Shown piece after piece: positions 34,475 through 39,673 of a DNA stretch of 39,673 nucleotides. The stretch is from Candidatus Zixiibacteriota bacterium (lineage in GTDB: Bacteria > Zixibacteria > MSB-5A5 > GN15 > FEB-12). The notes beneath the pieces are model-generated. The model ran no database searches. It was not told where the DNA came from and saw nothing but the letters and a program-made list of their open reading frames with translations. Location of the stretch: NCBI GenBank assembly GCA_049324195.1, contig JBMOKZ010000406.1:1-39673 (forward strand), written 5' to 3'. A program made the translations under genes and the position numbers. Numbering within the stretch: the first letter of the stretch is position 1; the number at the start of each line of letters is the position of its first letter.

Positions 34475-35212
34475 TTAATAGACTACGACATCCAAAAGTT
34501 CCGATAGAGTTTTGATCCGGGGAAAATTATAAGGCATATCCTCGGGATACTTCCGATCTTCCTTCATTTTCAACACCGCCATCATCCCCACTCCCAGCGG
34601 CCCCTGAACGTCCTCGTAATATCGGTCGCCGATATAGAGGCATTCCGAGGGTGCGTAGCCGGCCAGGTTGGCCGCCTTGAGAAAAATATCCGGATGCGGT
34701 TTACGGTACTTGAAAGACGAGCTGAAAATCATGAAATCGAGAAACGGCTCGATTCCGAAGCGCTCCAGTTCGCCAAGATGCGCCCGTTCGGGGAAAATAG
34801 TGTTGGAAATAAGTCCCATCACCGGATACCTGTTTTTAAGAATGCGCAGCGTATCGACGACATCGTCATAGGCGAAAAGCCGCTTGTCCACCGGTTCGTA
34901 ATAAAAATCGAAAAACTCGTCGATCAGTTCCTCGTCGTGCTCGAGCTTCAGTCTATCGAAAAAGACCGAGGTTATCTGGGGGACGTTCCATTCCACCAGC
35001 GTTTCAGCGGCCGAATTTCGATATTCCTGCCTGATTTCGTTAAAAATCCGGATAAATTCCTCTTCTTCCGGCACTTCATAATCGTTAACCAGCAGAAATT
35101 TCCGGGCGTTCGCCAGACAGAGGTCGTTGAGTTCGTCCCAGGGCATCGCTTCGTACTCGATCAAGGTCGAGCCGAGGTCGAAAATCAATGCCCGCGGTTG
35201 CAATTTATCCAT
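34475..35212 (-). CDS. HAD-superfamily hydrolase, subfamily IA-like, atypical motif I
   Basis: Motif I is ALIFDLGSTL (D-x-G instead of D-x-D), motif II is GLISNT and motif IV is YIGDRYYEDV. Confidence 0.75.
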   Translation of the reverse strand: MDKLQPRALIFDLGSTLIEYEAMPWDELNDLCLANARKFLLVNDYEVPEEEEFIRIFNEIRQEYRNSAAETLVEWNVPQITSVFFDRLKLEHDEELIDEFFDFYYEPVDKRLFAYDDVVDTLRILKNRYPVMGLISNTIFPERAHLGELERFGIEPFLDFMIFSSSFKYRKPHPDIFLKAANLAGYAPSECLYIGDRYYEDVQGPLGVGMMAVLKMKEDRKYPEDMPYNFPRIKTLSELLDVVVY

Positions 35213-35215
35213 ATT

Positions 35216-36238
35216 TCAATCCTGTTTTTTCAAGGCAGAATCCAGCATCATCTCAATCAGGCGGGTGAAATCGATACCCTCGCATTTGGCCGCCATCGGC
35301 ACCAGCGAAAGAGACGTCATCCCCGGCAGCGTGTTTAGCTCCAGACAATAAAAAGCGCCGGTGTTATCGAGAATAAAATCTATCCGGGCGGCCCCGGAGG
35401 CTCCGATAATATCGTACGCTTTCTCCGCGGTTTCCCGGATTTGAGCGCTCAGGTCGTTATCTATCGGCGCCGGAGCGATATACTCGGACTTGCCTTTCGT
35501 GTATTTCGCCTCGTAGTCATACAGACCGCTTTTGGGTCGGATTTCCACCACCGGGAAGGCGCGGCCGTCGAACACCGCCACCGTCAGCTCCCGACCGGGA
35601 ATAAACTCCTCCACCAGAATCTCCCTCGATTCCGCCGCCGCCCGTTTGAGACCCTCGAGCAAATCTTCCTTGCGCGTCACCTTGGTTAACCCGATGGTCG
35701 AGCCGCCGTCGTTGGGTTTGACGATTAAGGGGTAATCGAAGAGATTATCGACAGACGCCACCGTATTATTGTCAAGCGCTCCATCTTTCAGGCGGCACAG
35801 CATCCAGCGGGGAGTTCTGATGTTTTCCGAAACAAACAACCTTTTAGCCAGCGTCTTGTTCATCGCCACCGCCGAAGCAGTCATATTCGAGCCAGTGTAC
35901 TTTTTCCCGGCTAAGTCCAGCAGATTCTGAATCGTGCCGTTTTCCCCCGCGCCGCCGTGAAGGCCGATAAACACCACCTCGACATCGTTCAAACTCGGTT
36001 CGGTGAAGGTCGTAAGCGCCGTTGTTTTATCCCGCTCGAGAGAAAGCGTTTCCTGTTTAAAGCTCTTGTCGGCGATATAATTCACGCCTTTTTTATCCAA
36101 AAGCGAACGGTTCGTCGCCGGGTCCAGCGCGATTACCTCGTGACCGAGTTTTTTAAGCGCCTCAAAGACCGCCGCCCCGCTGTTGAGTGAAACATCACGT
36201 TCGCTGGAGTCGCCACCGGCTAACAAGAGTACTTTCAT
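35216..36238 (-). CDS. ddl: D-alanine--D-alanine ligase
   Basis: MKVLLLAGGDSSERDVSLNSG...FIGLHGGAGENGTIQ...ATP-grasp...ELNTLPGMT. Confidence 0.95.
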   Translation of the reverse strand: MKVLLLAGGDSSERDVSLNSGAAVFEALKKLGHEVIALDPATNRSLLDKKGVNYIADKSFKQETLSLERDKTTALTTFTEPSLNDVEVVFIGLHGGAGENGTIQNLLDLAGKKYTGSNMTASAVAMNKTLAKRLFVSENIRTPRWMLCRLKDGALDNNTVASVDNLFDYPLIVKPNDGGSTIGLTKVTRKEDLLEGLKRAAAESREILVEEFIPGRELTVAVFDGRAFPVVEIRPKSGLYDYEAKYTKGKSEYIAPAPIDNDLSAQIRETAEKAYDIIGASGAARIDFILDNTGAFYCLELNTLPGMTSLSLVPMAAKCEGIDFTRLIEMMLDSALKKQD

Positions 36239-36867
36239 CTTGTCCTCTTTTTTTTATAATTTCTATACCGGTTAACCACGAATACCATCACCAGTACCAG
36301 CAGCACCGGCCAGACAATCCGGTTGTAGGTCCGGACATAATAATCGATTTTCTCGATATTTTCGACCAGCTGAAAAGCAATATACATAAGCATCCCGCCA
36401 AAAACCAGATAAGAAATCAGCGAGTAGACGAACATCTTGACCGCCTGGTAACGGCCGATCCCCGCCCCGATTGCCAGGGCGGTGCGAAAGCCAACTATGA
36501 ACCGTGAGGCGACCAGAATAAACGCGCCGTATTTTTGTAATTTGGTTTCCACTCGGACGACGTCGGCGGCCGAGAAATATTTATAATTCTTACGCACGAA
36601 AAAATCATACCCGTAGCGGCGGCCGAAATAATATAAAAGCATCACCGACAGCATCCCCCCTGAAATGACCAGCACGTACACCAGGAACGGGTTGATTCGC
36701 GAAAGGGCGGCCAGTACGCCCGCCGCCAGTATAAAACTGTCGCCGGGAAAAGGCGGAAAGAAATTCTCGATAAAGCAGGCAACAAACAAGAGCAGATAAA
36801 CCCAAATCGTCCCGTACCGGAAAACATAATCAAGATATTCGTTAATCTGTGCCAGTGATTCAATCAT
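36235..36867 (-). CDS. dedA: DedA-family (SNARE-associated/VTT domain) membrane protein
   Basis: FIENFFPPFPGDSFILAAG is the DedA signature. I prefer the ATG at 36867 (MIESLAQ). The ORF-track GTG at 36909 would overlap ispF by 50 nt. Confidence 0.85.
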   Translation of the reverse strand: MIESLAQINEYLDYVFRYGTIWVYLLLFVACFIENFFPPFPGDSFILAAGVLAALSRINPFLVYVLVISGGMLSVMLLYYFGRRYGYDFFVRKNYKYFSAADVVRVETKLQKYGAFILVASRFIVGFRTALAIGAGIGRYQAVKMFVYSLISYLVFGGMLMYIAFQLVENIEKIDYYVRTYNRIVWPVLLVLVMVFVVNRYRNYKKKRTR

Positions 36868-37348
36868 TTTTTTCAACCAGGCATATCGCCGACGCGGCGA
36901 TGCCTTCACCCCGTCCGGTGCAGCCGCAACCTTCGGTGGTCGTCGCCTTGATACCGACCCGGTCGCGGCCGATATTCAAAACGGCGGCGATTTTTTCCCG
37001 CATGGCCGGTATATGCGCTTTCATCTTCGGTGCCTCGGCCACAATAACGCAATCGATATTCACCACGGTTTTCATCCCGGCTTCTTTTACCAGAGCCAGG
37101 GTTGTCTTCAACAATTCCGAGGAATCGGCGTTTCGGTACTTTTCGTCGTCCGGCGGAAAATGCTGCCCGATATCCGGAAGACCGACCGCCCCCAACAGGG
37201 CATCGGCCACCGCGTGCAGCAGGACATCGGCATCACTGTGGCCCAGCAATCCCCGATCATATTTAATCTCAACTCCGCCGATTATCAGCTTGCGGCCCTC
37301 GACCAGCCGGTGAAAATCGTAACCGTGGCCGACTCTCAAATTATTCAC
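36860..37348 (-). CDS. ispF: 2-C-methyl-D-erythritol 2,4-cyclodiphosphate synthase
   Basis: RVGHGYDFHRL...GHSDADVLLHAVADALLGA. The start is either GTG at 37348 or TTG at 37339. Confidence 0.95.
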   Translation of the reverse strand: MNNLRVGHGYDFHRLVEGRKLIIGGVEIKYDRGLLGHSDADVLLHAVADALLGAVGLPDIGQHFPPDDEKYRNADSSELLKTTLALVKEAGMKTVVNIDCVIVAEAPKMKAHIPAMREKIAAVLNIGRDRVGIKATTTEGCGCTGRGEGIAASAICLVEKND

Positions 37349-38030
37349 AACTTTGTCCCTTCAATATCGCTTCCACCATCACCAGATCTTCCGGCGTGGT
37401 AACCTTCATATTTCCGTTTTCCGGTTCGACCACCCGGACTTTAAATCCCATCGCCTCGATCAGCATGGCGTCATCCGTAATCGTGTTTTGTTCGCCTCTT
37501 TTCTTGTGAGCTTCCAGAATCAAATCATACTGGAACACCTGCGGCGTCTGAGCGTAGTACAACGATTCCCGCCGCAAGGTCGACAGGATGTACCCGTCCT
37601 TAACCCGCTTGACAGTGTCCGTAGCCGGTCGGGCCAGCATGGCCGCCCGCTCCCGACGGGCCAGCGCCACCACCCGGTCGATATCGTCCGGGCTGACCAG
37701 CGGCCGGGCGCCGTCGTGAATCGCCACCAGAGCGGTCGAGACCGGCAGGGCGTTTAGCCCTCGAAACACCGAGTCCGCCCGGGTTTCCCCGCCGGGCACG
37801 ATCTTGATGACTTTCTTGAAACCGCAGGGGTTGACCACTTTACTATTTGTATACAGCAAATTTTCCTCGGCGACTACGACCACGATTTTATCGATACTCG
37901 CCGCCCGCTCGAACCGGCTGATTGTCCAGGCCAGCAAAGGCCGGCCGCATACCGGCCGGAACTGTTTCGGGACCGCCCCGGCGCAGCGTTCGGAACGCCC
38001 GGCGGCCACAATTAAGGCATAAACACTCAT
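37341..38030 (-). CDS. ispD: 2-C-methyl-D-erythritol 4-phosphate cytidylyltransferase
   Basis: ALIVAAGRSERCAGAVPKQF...IHDGARPLV...YYAQTPQVF. It is a separate ORF, not fused to ispF. Confidence 0.95.
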   Translation of the reverse strand: MSVYALIVAAGRSERCAGAVPKQFRPVCGRPLLAWTISRFERAASIDKIVVVVAEENLLYTNSKVVNPCGFKKVIKIVPGGETRADSVFRGLNALPVSTALVAIHDGARPLVSPDDIDRVVALARRERAAMLARPATDTVKRVKDGYILSTLRRESLYYAQTPQVFQYDLILEAHKKRGEQNTITDDAMLIEAMGFKVRVVEPENGNMKVTTPEDLVMVEAILKGQSCE

Positions 38031-38073
38031 AAGTTAAGAAATATATGATATAAATACGGCCCGCAAAAGAGAA

Positions 38074-39108
38074 TTATAATATTAACATGGCGTCGCCATA
38101 GCTGTAAAAACGATACCGTTCCCGCACCGCCTCAGTGTAGGCTCTGAGAATCTTTTCCCGCCCGGCAAAAGCACTGACCAGCACAAGCAATGAGGACTGC
38201 GGCAGATGAAAATTGGTCACCAACCGCTCGACCAGTTTAAATTTATATCCCGGCCTGATATATAAATCCACCATACCGGAAAAAGGCAGAACCGCCCCGG
38301 CTTTCATCGGCGCCGATTCCAGCGTGCGGACCGACGTTGTCCCCACGGCGATAATTCTCCCACCCCGAGATTTCATTTTATTTATTTTTTCCGCAGCTTC
38401 AGTTGTAAGCTCGGCGTACTCGGGGTCAACCACATGCTCGTCGATATCCCCGGTTTTGATGGGCTTGAACGTTCCCGGCCCGACGTGCAGCGTCAGTTCA
38501 ACCAGCGTTACACCCTTTTTTTCGAGTTCTTTCAAGATCGGTCGGGTGAAATGAAACCCGGCGGTCGGCGCGGCAACCGCCCCGGTTTTTCCCTTATCGG
38601 CAAAAATCGTCTGATAACGGCGGATATCCGACGGTTGGTCGTCGCGATTGATATAATGCGGCAGAGGGACATGACCGTACCGGGCGATTATCGACTCCCG
38701 TGCGGTTTTCGACGGGAACCGGATATCCCAGCCGCCGCTTCCTTTGTACCGCTCCAGGGTTACGTAAGCACGTTCGAAATAAATCCGTTCCCCTTCCCTG
38801 ACCCGCCGCGACGGCGACACCAGGGCGTGCCAGCATTCATCGGTATCGCTTTCCCGGCGCACTAAAAAGATTTCGACTCTCGCGCCGCTTTCCCGGTTGC
38901 CCCACAGCCTGGCTTTGAAAACCCTGGTGTTGTTCACTACTAGGGCATCGCCCGGATTGATGTATTCGAGAATACTTTTAAATCCGTCATGCCTTATGTC
39001 TCCGGTCGCACGGTTTAGAATCAACAACCGGGATTTATCCCGGGAGCGCTCGGGGTACTGGGCAATCAACTCTTTAGGTAATCTGTACTCAAAGAGGGAT
39101 ACATCCAC
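38074..39108 (-). CDS. queA: S-adenosylmethionine:tRNA ribosyltransferase-isomerase
   Basis: FEYRLPKELIAQYPERSRDKSRLL...VAAPTAGFHFT...GDAMLI. GTG start. Confidence 0.95.
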   Translation of the reverse strand: MDVSLFEYRLPKELIAQYPERSRDKSRLLILNRATGDIRHDGFKSILEYINPGDALVVNNTRVFKARLWGNRESGARVEIFLVRRESDTDECWHALVSPSRRVREGERIYFERAYVTLERYKGSGGWDIRFPSKTARESIIARYGHVPLPHYINRDDQPSDIRRYQTIFADKGKTGAVAAPTAGFHFTRPILKELEKKGVTLVELTLHVGPGTFKPIKTGDIDEHVVDPEYAELTTEAAEKINKMKSRGGRIIAVGTTSVRTLESAPMKAGAVLPFSGMVDLYIRPGYKFKLVERLVTNFHLPQSSLLVLVSAFAGREKILRAYTEAVRERYRFYSYGDAMLIL

Positions 39109-39114
39109 CGCAGT

Positions 39115-39336
39115 TTACCGCCCTCTCCCGAAGAGATTGAAGATAAGAGTGAGCAAAAGGGAAATGATAAGACAGGTCACGATGGGGATATAAACCGTGG
39201 TTTTACCGGTCCTGAAAGTCAGATCCCCCGGAAGTTTTCCGAGAAATGGAATCCGGCCAGCGAACAACAATACAAGGCCGACCACCATCAGCACGATACC
39301 GGCAACAATGATGATTTTACCATAGGGGGACAGCAT
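39115..39336 (-). CDS. DUF2905-family small membrane protein
   Basis: 73 aa. GKLPGDLTFRTGKTTVYIPIVTCLIISLLLTLI is the typical DUF2905 pattern. It lies upstream of queA, as often seen. Confidence 0.8.
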   Translation of the reverse strand: MLSPYGKIIIVAGIVLMVVGLVLLFAGRIPFLGKLPGDLTFRTGKTTVYIPIVTCLIISLLLTLIFNLFGRGR

Positions 39337-39346
39337 CGTATCGAAC

Positions 39347-39634
39347 TCATTTGTTGAAAAGGGTCAGCCGGTCAATCCAGATTTGGGTCAGCAGTTTTTG
39401 TTCCGAAGTCAGGTTATCCGGCAGTGGTATTTTGTTCAAGACGCCTTCCAGAGCATCCAAAGCTATTCGGGTGTCCTCGACCGTCAAAATATAACCCGTT
39501 TCCTCTTTCAGTTTATCGCGAATTTTAACGGTCTCCGATATCAATATAGAAATTGTCCCGGAGGGGTCGATTTCACTGTCGACCGCCTGTAACCCCAGTG
39601 ACGTCATCAACAGTTTCAATTCTTCCATGTTCAT
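39347..39634 (-). CDS. Hypothetical protein (95 aa)
   Basis: Clean ORF with an ATG start and coding-like composition. I recognise no motif. Confidence 0.45.
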   Translation of the reverse strand: MNMEELKLLMTSLGLQAVDSEIDPSGTISILISETVKIRDKLKEETGYILTVEDTRIALDALEGVLNKIPLPDNLTSEQKLLTQIWIDRLTLFNK

Positions 39635-39673
39635 ATCCGACTCTGTCTTTCCCCCCGCCCCCGTTTTTTAAAA

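Noticed and set aside
36860-38030. A bifunctional IspDF fusion.
   Set aside because: ispD ends with TAA at 37341-37343, and ispF has its own GTG or TTG start. They are two separate ORFs overlapping by at most 8 nt.

Overview
The window is 39,673 nt, roughly half G+C by eye, and densely coding: about 45 CDS and 3 tRNAs, mostly on the minus strand. It reads like a chromosomal segment of an uncultivated diderm bacterium, given an outer-membrane barrel, a CsgG-like protein and Wzx/Wzy/Wzz genes. I cannot assign a lineage from sequence alone.

There are three zones:
- (i) 1-12.9 kb holds mixed accessory genes. These are a DinB-family protein, a ~1-kb AT-rich gene-poor island full of palindromes, and a methyltransferase / membrane protein / DDAH-like operon. 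They continue with Mop, a Na+/solute symporter plus outer-membrane barrel, and a secreted papain-like protease with TSP3 repeats and a dockerin-like tail. The zone ends with a YbaK-type deacylase, tRNA-Leu, a PAP2 relic, a CsgG-like protein and a MATE pump.
- (ii) 12.8-31.8 kb is an ~18-kb surface-glycan locus bracketed by tRNA-Tyr and tRNA-Thr. It contains rmlB-A-D-C and a complete pseudaminic-acid operon in the order pseB-pseC-pseF-pseG-pseH-[MaoC hydratase]-pseI. Then come wzx, a KpsS/Capsule_synth-like transferase, a wzy-like polymerase, an SDR epimerase, a GT4 and wzz.
- (iii) 31.9-39.7 kb is a housekeeping block: cysS, M42 peptidase, HAD, ddl, dedA, ispF, ispD, queA and DUF2905.

I saw no CRISPR array, cas gene, integrase, transposase, or recognisable defence or toxin-antitoxin operon. 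I did not find a clear-cut new multi-gene system. The best leads are:
- (a) A cysteine-rich duplicated dockerin-like C-terminal module shared by two secreted proteins 22 kb apart.
- (b) A MaoC hydratase embedded in the pse operon next to a KpsS-like candidate pseudaminyltransferase, which hints at a non-standard N-acyl pseudaminic acid glycan.
- (c) Structured non-coding stretches at 744-1805, 27319-27640, and the related hairpins at 30974-31021 and 31831-31871.

All family calls rest on motif recognition by eye and need HMM/BLAST confirmation.
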